Source of the DNA: Haliotis rubra
Lineage: Eukaryota
Length of the DNA stretch: 64,000 nucleotides
NCBI RefSeq assembly: GCF_003918875.1
Contig: NW_025767202.1
Location: 2,170,001-2,234,000, forward strand
Reading direction: 5' to 3'
Below are positions 13,123 through 25,300 of the stretch, piece after piece. Under the pieces are notes generated by a model. It searched no databases, was not told where the DNA came from, and was given only the letters and a program-made list of their open reading frames with translations. Within the stretch, counting starts at the first letter, position 1. Each line of letters opens with the position of its first letter. The position numbers were made by a program, and so were the translations under genes.

Positions 13123-13196
13123 AGGGGCGGTGGGGTAGCTTCATGGTTACAGCTTATTGCTCGGTTCGATTCCCCACATGGGTGCAATGTGTGAAT
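13123..13196 (+). mobile_element. SINE family A, 5' fragment
   Basis: ggggcggtggggtagc...ggttcgattccccacatgggtgcaatgtgtgaa. Confidence 0.8.
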
Positions 13197-13937
13197 GTAC
13201 AATGTACGGCGACCCACCCCCACCCCACCCACCCCTCTTCCTGTGGACATTTTGATCTGACATGTGCGATATGATAAAGAGAAGAGCATCACGGTCGCCA
13301 GCACAAAGTTGATGGCTACGGGCTACGGGGTGTGTAGTGAACGCCATACCTCCATGCCTATACTTCTAGTTCAGATAATATGCAACTAATCCAACAGGAG
13401 TAAAACTGAAACTGCATACAATCATCATAAACATGCAGATACATATCGCTGGATCGTGATGATGTTTTGAAGTGTAATGTTCTGCCCTATATAGATCCAG
13501 CTGCTGCCAACAGAAGCCATGCAGCATGAATTTATGTTTACACACAGCACTGCACAGCAATTAACGGCACTTGCTTTATTAATTCAGCACTCATTTGAAC
13601 ATTGCTTCATGGTTACTAAGCACCATCAAGGAGAACATTTGTTAGCCTTTTAACGTTCAACTTCAGGCCATGAAAACAATCAGCCGTGTTTTATGTGTCA
13701 TGTACATTCACAACACTTCAAAAACTCATTTCAGTTTAGAAGCACTTAAGCACTAGCACATATCGATATTTTAAAATAGCATCGACAAAAACTCTCCGAT
13801 ACTTAAGAGAATTTTGATAGAGCAGTGTCCAGTATATAATAAGTGTTTACTGATCAGTTAAAATAGTTATGGCACTGTGTGTTCGCGAACAGGTGAGCGT
13901 ATCCTGGCCCACCTGTCAGGTGCTGTGCTAGTGGCTA

Positions 13938-14098
13938 GGGGTAGCCTAGTGGTTATAGCAGCCGCTCGTCACGCTGAAGACCCGGGTTCTATTCCCCACA
14001 TGGGTGCAATATGTGAAGCCCATATGTGGTGTCCCTCGCCGTAATATTGCTGGAATATTTTCTCAATGCGGCGTAAAACGATATTCACTCACTCACTC
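13938..14098 (+). mobile_element. SINE family A
   Basis: A box tagcctagtgg, degenerate B box, family A body and (ACTC)n tail. Confidence 0.9.
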
Positions 14099-14786
14099 TG
14101 TACTAGCATCATGCTTGAGCTTCATGATATCTTTCATTGACTAATAGTTAACACTTCTCCAGATATTGTCCTGGCGTAAACATCCCTCACACTGAGGCCT
14201 ACATGTATACCCATTAAGATGTTTCTCAGATTCCCTAACGAGGGTGAGGGGATATGTAAATATTTTTAATCACATTTTTGGTTGGGACACTTTTACGTCT
14301 CGTCAGCGAATATAAATCTAGAATATCATACACAGATGCTTTTATGCTTTAAAGACAACATACAAAATAGTGTTGACGAGTATATAAATGGTTCAATGTT
14401 GACACCGGGTGTTCCCGAAATGAGTAATCATATCCTGAAACCGACAGCAGCCACCACTCACTGAATGTGCATAAAATGTTTGTTAGCGGCCTTACGGCTC
14501 ATAATTGCCGCCCCCAAACTGCTATTATTCATGAACTCGTCGATGTACGTCATTAAATTTCGAGCACATGGATCAGTCCTACTGGGAAGTGATGGACGCT
14601 GTTTTACAAGTAAGACATGACAGTTCAACTGCACCTGGCGCCCTGACCGCCTTTAAATAAATCTTGGATCGTTTATGTCCTGATACGATTCTCACACAGA
14701 CTATTTTCAGTTGAATTAATGATCTACTGCAATTCCTCAATCCATAATCAAATTATTGATATGTATTTTTGTATTTCTAGCTTGTG

Positions 14787-14927
14787 ATGAGTGACGGATA
14801 TTCTCCCGATGCCACGGAAGAACAAAAGGTTGTGGCGAAGGACGTGTTGAATAAGATAGCGGACAAGAATGTACAGGATACAGTTATATACGGTCGCTAC
14901 ACGGATACAAGCGACCGGTATGACATG
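14787..14927 (+). CDS. METTL27: METTL27-like coding exon 1
   Basis: MSDGYSPD...SDRYDM then gtaggt; ttctag acceptor at 14780 implies an upstream UTR exon. Confidence 0.8.
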
Positions 14928-17900
14928 GTAGGTTGCACCTGGGGCGGTAGTCTGGCAGCACCTTCATTTCCCAGACAATCACACAATGATACAAATATCA
15001 CACACACCATACCACACCACAGGGAATCATTGATAAACGACACATTCACATATGCGCGCGATGTTAGATTTGCAGATACAGTGTTCCCGGCTGCTAAGAA
15101 TGAATACCTGCTAATGAGAATTTTTGTTGTATTGGTGCACCGGTACCTCTAGGCCATCTGTGTTTCGGAAGCCGAATACGGAGCGTATACTTTCATAACA
15201 TTCATTGGGAGAAGATACAGCTTAATGTATCATGGAATGTTGATATTCCGATCAAAATCGCTGAATATATTGCTTCAGTTTTCGTGTCCCAATACACTTT
15301 TATAATTATGAAAATACATTTACGGCCTCTGTACACAGGCTATGGACGTCTGCAACTACAACGGCCCGAAAGAGACGGCTGCCGTTGTTGCTGAATGCTT
15401 TACAAGGAACAGAGAAAATGTGCATCTTTTGGATGTAGCTGCTGGCACTGGTCTCTGTGCTGTAGAGGTATGTAAGATGCTCTGGTCTATGTGCTGTAGA
15501 GGTATGTAAGATGCACTGGTCTCTGTGCTGTAGAGGTGTGTAAGATGCATTGTTCTCTGTGTTGTAGAGGTATGTAAGATGCACTGGTCTCTGTGTTGTA
15601 GAGGTATGTAAGATGCATTGGTCTCTGTGCTGTAGAGGTATGTAAGATGCACTGGTCTCTGTGTTGTAGAGGTATGTAAGATGCACTGGTCTCTGTGTTG
15701 TAGAGGTATGTAAGATGCATTGTTCTCTGTGCTGTAGAGGTATGTAAGATGCACTGGTCTCTGTGCGGTAGAGATATGTAAGATGCATTGTTCTCTGTGC
15801 TGTAGAGATATGTAAGATGCACTGGTCTCTGTGTTGTAGAGGTATGTAAGATGCATTGTTCTCTGTGCTGTAGAGGTATGTAAGATGCATTGTTCTCTGT
15901 GTTGTAGAGGTATGTAAGATGCACTGGTCTATGATCTGTAGAGGTATGTAAGATGCACTGGTCTCTGTGTTGTAGAGGTATGTAAGATGCACTGGTCTCT
16001 GTGCGGTAGAGATATGTAAGATGCATTGTTCTCTGTGCTGTAGAGATATGTAAGATGCACTGGTCTCTGTGTTGTAGAGGTATGTAAGATGCACTGGTCT
16101 CTGTGTTGTAGAGGTATGTAAGATGCACTGGTCTCTGTGCTGTAGAGGTATGTAAGATGCACTGGTCTCTGTGCTGTAGAGGTATGTAAGATGCATTGTT
16201 CTCTGTGTTGTAGAGGTATGTAAGATGCACTGGTCTATGATCTGTAGAGGTATGTAAGATGCACTGGTCTCTGTGTTGTAGAGGTATGTAAGATGCTCTG
16301 GTCTCTGTGCTGTAGAGGTATGTAAGATGCACTGGTCTCTGTGCTGTAGAGGTATGTAAGATGCACTGGTCTCTGTGCTGTAGAGGTATGTAAGATGCTC
16401 TGGTCTCTGTGTTGTAGAAGTATGTAAGATGCACTGGTCTCTGTGCTGTAGAGGTATGTAAGATGCATTATTCTCTGTGCTGTAGAGGTATGTAAGATGC
16501 ACTGGTCTCTGTGTTGTAGAGGTATGTAAGATGCACTGGTCTCTGTGTTTTAGAGGTATGTAAGATGCACTGGTCTCTGTGTTGTAGAGGTATGTAAGAT
16601 GCACTGGTCTCTGTGTTGTAGAGGTATGTAAGATGCACTGGTCTCTGTGTTGTAGAGGTATGTAAGATGCACTGGTCTCTGTGTTGTAGAGGTATGTAAG
16701 ATGCATTGTTCTCTGTGTTGTAGAGGTATGTAAAATGCACTGGTGTCTGTGGTGTAGAGGTATGTAAGATGCACTGGTCTCTGTGTTGTAGAGGTATGTA
16801 AGATGCACTGGTCTCTGTGCTGTAGGGGTATGTAAGATGCACTGGTCTCTGAGCTGCAGAATGTCACGCTCTATCGTTTAGAAACATTTACGGAAGTTTC
16901 TCTGTTGCAGGACATTCTAGTGCGCGCACGTGTGTGTATGTGTGCGTGCGCCGCGCGCGCGTGTGTGTACGATGACAAAAATACTCTGCATATGCAATAA
17001 ACGATTTCAGATCATTACTATATAAATAGATATCTTCACGGAGTTCAGTGACACGCGGTAAGTGAGAACCATTGTGTAGTATTTCAGATGAATAATATGC
17101 TCATTTCTGGTGTCCACCATCGTGATATTGCAGGAATATTGCTAAATGCTCACTCACTCACTCACTCACTAATAATACGCTAAACACTATTGTATCTCTA
17201 CTTTCTAATTTTCTAGCTTAATACCATAAGAATATATGTCCACTAGCTTCGCAAACATGGGTTCCTGAAGATGGACGCCTTGGACGCCAGTCCGGGGATG
17301 CTGGAGGAAGCTAAACGGAAAGGATTGTATGACCAGTACATTATTGACATTTTAGGAGAAAAGACGCTTGACATTTCAACAGGTGGGTAAATCATATAAA
17401 TATAGAAAGGGATTTATGTTGTTCCCTAAAAACCTGCATATACCAATAGGGCGGCCTAGTGGTTAGGCGTTCGCTCGCCATGCCGGAGACCTGGGTACAA
17501 TATGTGAAGCCCATTTCTGGTGTCCCCCGCCGTGATATTGCTGTAATATTGCTAAAAGCGGCATAAAACCATTCTCATTCTCTCAATGTTGCTACTAACT
17601 GTTTCTGTTTCACCAGATTAAACATAGGCGACAAAATGTAAAAAAACCCTGCATAATCATTAATATGCCTTCTCATCAATATACGATGTTCACTGGACAG
17701 GAGGGGGGCATGGGTTGATGTACCCTCTTTGGTTGTTAATGTTCCCCTCGCTCTTCGGGACCAGTGAACAACGTATTTACCTTACTGTACAACCCGATGT
17801 TAATTTTGAACTGTTTGAAGGACTGGTATCAGATCATAATAAGGAGTACCAGAGTTAGGCAATTAGCCAATACCGACGCGAGTCAAGAAAAACAAATTTA

Positions 17901-19068
17901 AAGTTAGCTCCCTTCCATCGATTTGCATTCGCAAAACATCGGTAATTTCCGTACATCATATTCGAGATAAAGAATTACTAACACGAATTACCAGATGAAT
18001 TCCCACAGTACGGCATTCCCAGCGGATAACGTAGAAAATGTTACTCGCTTGTAAGCGGGGTACATAGAAAATGTTACTCGCTTGTAAGCAGGGTACATTG
18101 AAAATAATAGAAGAGCGCTAAGAAAACGACATTGATGCGTGAGGTAAGATAATATGCCTTAAAACTTTTGTGTTGAAACAAGTGGCCTGTCATACCCATT
18201 CGGTCCAATTCCTAACTGGCATTATTTCAGAGTATAACATGCAGTCCGTAAACTTGATGGTTGTGTTATATTTTAGCCATTATTTACAGATACATACGAC
18301 GCCGTTGTCATGTGTGGATTCAGTATAGAAATCCTGCAAAGGCTACCGATCACCGCATTTGAAGAACTGATAAGGATAGTCAAACCAGGTTCGTGCTGAC
18401 GGTACAATTAAATAGGCTGCTTATAACTCATCACTCGTTATAGGTTTTGTGTAGTCATATTTCGTCTCTAGATCATGCTTGTATTACCAAGCCATTGTCA
18501 TACAAGACGAGGATAGTTGATACTTCCTACATCATATAAACCCGTATATACCTCAGACCTCGTGCTTCTTTACATAATTGGGGCGGTGGGTAGCCTAATG
18601 CTTAAAACGTCCGCTCGTCATGCCAAAGACCTGGGTTCGATTCTCCACATGAGTATAATGTGTGAAGCCTATTTCATGTGTCCCCTGTCGTGATATTGCT
18701 GGAATATTGCTAAAAGCGGCGTAAAGTTATACTCACTCATTCACGTTCGAATTGCCCTAATTGTGAGTGTTGATTAGTAAGAAGGTGTGTTACCAGTGGC
18801 TCCCACAGCATTCATCAGCTCTGTCTTGCTCCCCACATTAAGTTAACAAGCCGTGATGTAACTGAAATCTTCTCCAGGAGGCTACTTCATCAACACTGGG
18901 TGGATGATGATGTACACTGATGGCGGCGAGGTTAAAGCAGAACAGCTGAGAAGACAACTTAAAACATTGGAAGAAAATGGCAAATGGAAGTTTGTGCAAC
19001 TGAAACATTTTAAGAATTATATAAAAGGGTTTGATGGCGCCGTTAGTGTCCATATGATCTGCAAATGA
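14787..19068 (+). CDS. METTL27: Methyltransferase-like protein 27 (METTL27/WBSCR27-like) class I SAM methyltransferase, 5 coding exons, 231 aa
   Basis: Exons 14787-14927, 15339-15467, 17247-17382, 18290-18388, 18878-19068; all GT-AG, phases 0/0/1/1, 696 nt, open. Motifs RYD..YNGP, LLDVAAGTGL (motif I), LRKHGF..DALDASPGML..AKRKGLY, DTYDAVVMCG, ELIRIVKPGG, LEENGKW. AATAAA at 19696. Confidence 0.88.
15339..15467 (+). CDS. METTL27: METTL27-like coding exon 2 (SAM motif I)
   Basis: cacag|AMDVCNYNGPKETAAVVAECF..LLDVAAGTGLCAVE|gtatgt. Confidence 0.88.
15445..16858. repeat. 34-bp tandem minisatellite, 41 full copies, made of the exon-2/intron-2 junction
   Basis: Unit gcactggtctctgtg(c/t)tgtagag|gtatgtaagat; first unit starts at 15445 inside the exon, last partial unit at 16839. 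Confidence 0.97.
17098..17170 (+). mobile_element. SINE family A, 3' fragment
   Basis: catttctggtgtcc..cgtgatattgcaggaatattgctaaa + (actc)n. Confidence 0.75.
17247..17382 (+). CDS. METTL27: METTL27-like coding exon 3
   Basis: actag|LRKHGFLKMDALDASPGMLEEAKRKGLY..DIST|gtgggt. Confidence 0.88.
17448..17585 (+). mobile_element. SINE family A (intronic)
   Basis: gcctagtggtt head, family A body and tail. Confidence 0.85.
17903..18155. repeat. Interspersed repeat shared with 34393-34620 (probable non-autonomous DNA element)
   Basis: ccttccatc.atttgcattc..aaaacatcggtaatttccgtacatc...gttactcgcttgtaagcggggtacat...gtgaggtaagataa at both loci. Confidence 0.75.
18290..18388 (+). CDS. METTL27: METTL27-like coding exon 4
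   Basis: ttacag|DTYDAVVMCG..FEELIRIVKP|gttcgt. Confidence 0.88.
18580..18744 (+). mobile_element. SINE family A (intronic)
   Basis: ggggcggtgggtagcc head, ggttcgattc B box, (actc)n tail. Confidence 0.9.
18878..19068 (+). CDS. METTL27: METTL27-like coding exon 5
   Basis: ctccag|GGYFINTGW..LEENGKW..VHMICK*. Confidence 0.85.
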
Positions 19069-19169
19069 TATATTGCATGACGTTTCTAGTCCATAAAGAC
19101 TCAAAGACTCATGTACATACTACACTATTCTAGTACACTGACTGTTAGTTATAATGTCAGATTTTCGTT

Positions 19170-19450
19170 TACATTTTGAACACACCTTTATTAATACATT
19201 TGAACACACCTCTATTAATACATTTGAACACACCTCTATTAATACATTTGAACACACCTCTATTAATACATTTGAACACACCTTTATTAATACATTTGAA
19301 CACACCTCTATTAATACATTTAAACACATCTCTATTAATACATTTGAACACATCTTTATTAATACATTTTGAACACACCTCTATTAATACATTTAAACAC
19401 ACCTCTATTAATACATTTGAACACACCTCTATTTACACGTTTGAACACTT
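19170..19450. repeat. 24-bp tandem repeat (~11 copies) in the predicted METTL27 3' UTR
   Basis: Unit tttgaacacacctctattaataca, between the stop at 19068 and AATAAA at 19696. Confidence 0.92.
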
Positions 19451-19942
19451 GTAATTACTTGAGTTATAATTGTTTAACATAACGTAATAACACTGGTTTC
19501 GTATTGTTTGTATTAATGATATGACAAGAAGTCAGTTATTGCTTGTGACATGTATAATACACATTTACATGATATATTGTTGTTGTTCTATGTAGATATG
19601 TCAAAACCATATGTGCACTTTTTGTACGTCCATTTCATCGAGACATGGAATGTTTTATTGGAAGTCTTGTGAATGAATTTTTGTATTTAAACAAGAATAA
19701 ATATGAGTTAAAGATGGTTTCTGAAACGCAACCAGTTTGTTGTTCGAAATACAACAAAGGGCTTGTTCTGGCATGACATCGTCGAGAAAAATGAACAGTA
19801 ACAATGTTCACTTTAAACGCAATACATGACCATGGCTAATAGAGACAATTAAACGCAGTGTATACATTATTTCCACTTCTGCAGTCATTTCAGGTCCACT
19901 GTACAGGAGTCAGGAAAACATCTCTATGCATCGTTGTGAAAC

Positions 19943-20173
19943 AGGGCCTCCTTTCACAAAGCACTAAGGTGATCGTAAGTCACTTTGTTCTGCTGCTCTG
20001 TTTCCATCGTAAACTTAAGGTGGTCTAGGAGTACATTGGGGTCATGATGGTTGTCTAGGTAACCTCAACTTTCCTGTGCAATGTTAATGAGATGGGAGAG
20101 TGGAGATGCCAAGGGTAGACCATGAGTTAAGGTTAACCTTAGTAAAGGTCATAACTGACTTCGAGGAGGCCCA
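19943..20173. mobile_element. Degenerate MITE (PIF/Harbinger-like ends)
   Basis: gggcctcctttcacaaag ... cttcgaggaggccc imperfect TIR; left end resembles 33847-33969. Confidence 0.4.
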
Positions 20174-20479
20174 GGTTCAACATACCACGCTGGGAGTTGT
20201 TGGGATTCAGTTTGTTGTGTATGATATCATTAATCTCACCTTTGTCATGAAGTGTTTTCAGGTTCTTCTTATGTTTAGATTCTAACTTTGCAGTTGGGTC
20301 CTTAGACACTAGTTTGTAGGTGGAGGTATCACTTAAGAAAATGAGAGGTCAGGTTGAAAGAGCATTGGTATGCTTCACAGTTTGGTGGTAGCTCGCCGCG
20401 TGACAGTGCTGCTTCAACGCTCATAAAAACATTTGGGATTTGGCACATACTGCAACGTTTTCAATATCTGAAAATCTAA

Positions 20480-21230
20480 ATCAAATAATAGACTGTCTAC
20501 GTAGTGGCATTCCAACCGTAACGATCCCATGAAGGATTTTGTCAAGACTCGTCCAACATTGGAACGACCATTAATTTTGCAGTAAACACCTTCGATACAG
20601 AGGTTCCTTCGATACAGAGGTTCCTTCGATACAGAGGTTCCTTCGACACAGGTTGCAGACACCTGTGACGACACAGGATGTTGGGTCGTTATGACCTTGG
20701 CTGGGATACCAGATGCAGAAGGACGTCGATGACTGTGGCTGAGGCCAACTTGAGTGTTGTGAGTGAGACGAGATATTGCAAATGGCCGTTTTATCGCTTT
20801 TGCAAAAGAACAGCCCTAGATTGACGTTTCAACACGATAACTCCCGATCACTCGTTGCTCGAGTTAATGTGTTACCCTGGCTCGTAAGATCCCCTGATTT
20901 GTCACCAATTGTACACGTGATGGAGCTACTATTACGACGTCATCCGAATCCTCCAACTACGCTGCTGAAACTCCGCCAAATCCTTCCTCGGATATTGAAT
21001 GATGTTCCCCAGAACTTTCATCGACGTTCATTGGCCTCAGTGAAGCGAAGGTGCCAGGTCTCCATCACAAGCGGGACACACTCGCTACTGACAGTGTGTA
21101 CTTCCTTCTGAGCCCTCGCCTATGTTGTGGACTGTTGTTCCTCACCATTCCTTGGAACATTTGTCTTTCCATCTCATTCGCGTCATTTAAAGACTATAAC
21201 ACCGTTTCTGTTTGCGTGTCACAGTAACTT
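20480..21230 (+). mobile_element. Degenerate Tc1/mariner transposon
   Basis: LTFQHDNSRSLVAR..VLPWLVRSPDLSPIVHVME..VKRRCQ = Tc1 FQxDNA..WPxxSPDLxPIE; carries a 17-bp x3.5 internal repeat at 20589-20650. Confidence 0.8.
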
Positions 21231-21709
21231 TTGCCTTGGAGGATTTCCATTAAGTTCTTAAATACACTGCTTGCCGTGTGTGGGACAAGGTCTCACTTTC
21301 AAAGCAATATCGGTTATCGACCCTTACTATACTCTTTTGGATCGTCGAGCATAATGAATACAGCGGGTATAATGTTGTTGAATGGGGGTGATCATTTCAG
21401 TTCGGAAAATCAGTAATAGTCTTTAAACAGACATTACCGCCTTTGGAGTTTCTGGCCCTTGAACATTATTTTTTTTCATACACGACAGGCACAAATAATG
21501 TGCAGGATGCTATTTCGTGAGCCAGCACTCCTCTTGAAGAGGGTGCAAGTCTTGCAGTTGCTTCGTGCTGTCGCTGTTATGAAGTGACACCACAGGCCCG
21601 GCGTCCCATACAGACATCACAGTATATCGGCCACTGACCACTGACAAGTTTCGTCACATCTTACACATTCAATGTATTGCCTTTGATCTTCGTACGTCTG
21701 TATGTGTGG

Positions 21710-21845
21710 TTTATGGCCGCTTTTAGCAATATTCCAGCAATATCACGGCGGGGGACACCAGAGATGGGCTTCACACATTGTACCCACGTGGGGAGTCGAA
21801 CCCGGGTCTGACGAGCGACCGCTTTAACCACTAGGCTACCCCGCC
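21710..21845 (-). mobile_element. SINE family A
   Basis: Reverse complement of family A head and body. Confidence 0.88.
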
Positions 21846-22377
21846 GTATAGGATAGTGAACTTCCGTTGACAAAATATCCTAAAATCGGAAAAACTATTC
21901 ATTTTCCTTTCTATATTGGTTGCATGTCTCTATTTGCTGCTGTCGAGTCTAGTTAGAGATCCTGTTACGTCCATGTATAGCTTCATACATCAATATGCAT
22001 CTCAGGATAGCAGTTGTAGTAGTGTGCATATATTATGCAGAACAACAGATATACTGCACAGATGACTTGCATTGCATTGGGCTAGTCTGTTCGTTTAGGC
22101 AAGCACTTTTGTTACAAACAAAATAATATTCTGGTCACGTGATATGCACATTAGCCGTATGATATGCCACCACGGATTGTGATGATACTGCTAAGTGCAG
22201 TGGCGATGATATCTGCCATAGAAAATGCTCCGGGATTTCTGACTTTTTGGTGTCCCCCCGAACACCCTCTCTCCTCGGATGTCCATCATGCTGGTGGATG
22301 CACAATATGCCATTTGTTGAATATTGTTTATACTGAAATAATATATTTCAAATGCCCACCGATTGTGAGCCGATAAT

Positions 22378-25300
22378 GTCTGTAAGCATTATGGTAACCA
22401 ATCTGGGACCATCCGTAAATCATTTAAATGGAGACCGGATAGGAAACAGGATTTCATTGACACTTTGAATTCTCAACCTTTCTCTGACAAACTAGATAGT
22501 ATTTGTAGTATTCTAGATCGGGAGAATGTAGATGCTATTGACATTGACAGTTGTGTCAGTTCATTCAACAGTCTGTTGGAGGAGGTGGGGAAGTCTCATT
22601 TGATTGGCCCTCAGATCAACGCACGTGCGAAGCGGGGAAAGTGTTGGTTTGACACGGATTGTGATGTGCTTAGGTCAGAGTTCAAGGCAGCGGAGTCATG
22701 CTGCAGGAAAACTGGGTCAGATACAGATAGGATAACTATGGTAAATTGTAGAAACATTTATAGAAAGACACATAAAATTAAAAGTAGAAATTCTGCGAAA
22801 GATTCCGCTAGGTTATTATCTACATTGTGTAAGGAAAACCCTACGCAATTCTGGAAAAGTGTTAGGCCGAAGTCGATTGATAGTACACATGGTGTGTGCA
22901 ATTTTGCTGAGTATTTTGAAAAGTTGTTGAATCCTGATATTGTTCCAAAGTTAACTGATGAGGTGGTCGAGGTGACTAGGAAATCTGCCAACGGTATGGT
23001 TCAGCACTGGGTTGACGAGTTAGACCGTGCCATTACTGCGGTTGAAGTACATGTGGCAATTAGTAAGTTGAAGTGTAATAAAGCAGCAGGTTACGATGGC
23101 ATTATTAATGAATTCCTTAAGGCGGAGAAGATACCTTATCTCCAGTAATTACTATGTTATTTAATGCTATCTTAAAATCTGGTAAAACTCCCTCTGAACT
23201 GAGAAAGGGCGTTATTGTCCCCATTCATAAAAAAGGAAGAAAATTAGTTGCAGATAATTATCGAGGGATTACACTTCTCTCTTGTGTCAGCAAGTTGTTT
23301 ACGAGTGTTTTAAATAACAGAGTTAAACAGTGGTGTGATAACTACTCCCTCTTAGCAGAAGAACAGTTTGGTTTTAGAAAGAGTTATAGCACGGCTGATT
23401 GTATGTTTATTCTCCACGGACTGATAAATTTAGCCTTGAGTAAAGGGTTGAAATTATATTGTTTTTCATTTGACTGTTATGTTGATAGGCAAGCCCTTTG
23501 GTTTAAACTCTATTCTTTGGGTATTAGTTCCAAATTTCTATCATTAATTAAAAATATATACATAGATGTGTCCTCCTGTGTTAAACTGGCCGGAAATAGG
23601 TTTGCAGAGTTCTTTTCATCAAATATAGGTGTAAGGCAAGGGGAAAATTTATCGCCTATATTATTTTCAATGTTTATAAATGATATTGTGTCTGATCTCT
23701 CTGCTTGCAATGATATTGGCATGACAGTGTTTTACATCAAGCTATTTATGTTATTATTTGCTGATGATGTGGTCTTGTTCAGTGAATCCGTCGAGGGCTT
23801 GCAGCGTGGTCTTGGTTTCTTACAGAGATATTGCGACAAGTGGGCCATCACTGTTAATACGGTTGTTATTTTTTAGAAAGGGGTAGATTGTCAAAGAGAG
23901 AAATCTGGTATTATGGTGATCAGGTACTAGAAAATGTTAATAGTTTCAAATATTTGGGTATTGTCTTCTCTCGGCAACAGGTAGTTTTCCCAGGCACAAA
24001 AGACTCTATCAGGAGCAGGCTATGAAATCCTTATTTTCGTTACAACGAATATTGTTGTCCACCCATATATGTCCCCTGCGCAGCAGTATCAATTATTTCA
24101 AAGCTTAGTACTGCCAATTTATGCTATGGCTGTGAAGTTTGGGGATTTATGGAAGCGCCAGCTATCAAAAGGGGTCCACAGTTTATTAAGCAGGTTCTGC
24201 GTGTTCAAAGATCAACACCATCAGCTTTTGTCTATGGTGAAATGGGCGTACTGCCATTGATTACTATTAGATTAGTACGCATTGTGAAATATTGGATTAA
24301 GATTATCACCTGTGACGGAAACCGATATATAAGCATTATATATAGGGCTCTAGTCGACAATGCTCGGCAGAATCAACATATACGACACGGGTTACTCTCA
24401 TTAGAGATTTGTTGTTTCATTATGGATATGGTTTTATCTGGTTACAACAGAAATTGACTCTAAATTGTACAGCATTTATCAGTGCTTTTAGACAAAGGGT
24501 TATTGATATACATTCTCAAATGTGGAAATATAATCTAAGCTCACTTAGTGAAACAAGAATATATTTGCTTATCAAATCATCACTTACCATGGAAAAGTAT
24601 TTATCTCATATTGATATTATAAACTATAGGGTAGCCTTGACACGACTACGATTATCTTCTCATTCACTTATGATTGAGAAGGAAGATGGGCTCGACCAAA
24701 ACTAGCTTTAGAAAACCGATTATGTCCTTTTGCAAAAATGACATAGAGGATGAATATCATGTTATTATAATAACCTTGACCTTATAGTAACCTTTTTAGG
24801 GTTTATATTTGGTCTAGGATAATTATAATACCTAGAATGTGTTGTCGGGGAATTAGCTTGGGACCGCAACACCTTCAAATAACCAAGAGAAGCATCGATT
24901 AGTGGCCAGTCTTTATTCGGAGCATTTCATGAGTGAAATATATAAAACATCAGCATTTCAAACTTGGACAATTAATACCTAATATGAAAATCATGTGAAT
25001 TAATAATTACATAAACCTTTACTGACAATATACCTTACAATAAACAATGACCAAGATCAAACGGAAGTGAGGGACACTTCATATTATATTAGAAACATAA
25101 TACACATGATGTAGCGCAGCTGAGAAATATGCGTAGAGAATGATGAGGTAACTGTTCAGTAAGACACGTAGTACATGTGCTATCAATTGCTAAAATAATC
25201 TTCCATGGAAGTCGTAAATAATAGGCGTTATATAGTTTGCTACATCCAAACAGAATACAACCTAAGCAGAATAATAAAATACACAAATAATATAAAATGT

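Noticed and set aside
14928-15152. Remainder of the 122-aa ORF at 14784
   Set aside because: Intron read-through after the donor at 14928
15306-16867. Long minus-strand ORFs (500 aa, 315 aa and others)
   Set aside because: Translations of the 34-bp array; the real gene is on the + strand
22465-24705. Functional reverse transcriptase or retron-like system
   Set aside because: 5'-truncated LINE with multiple frameshifts and no endonuclease domain
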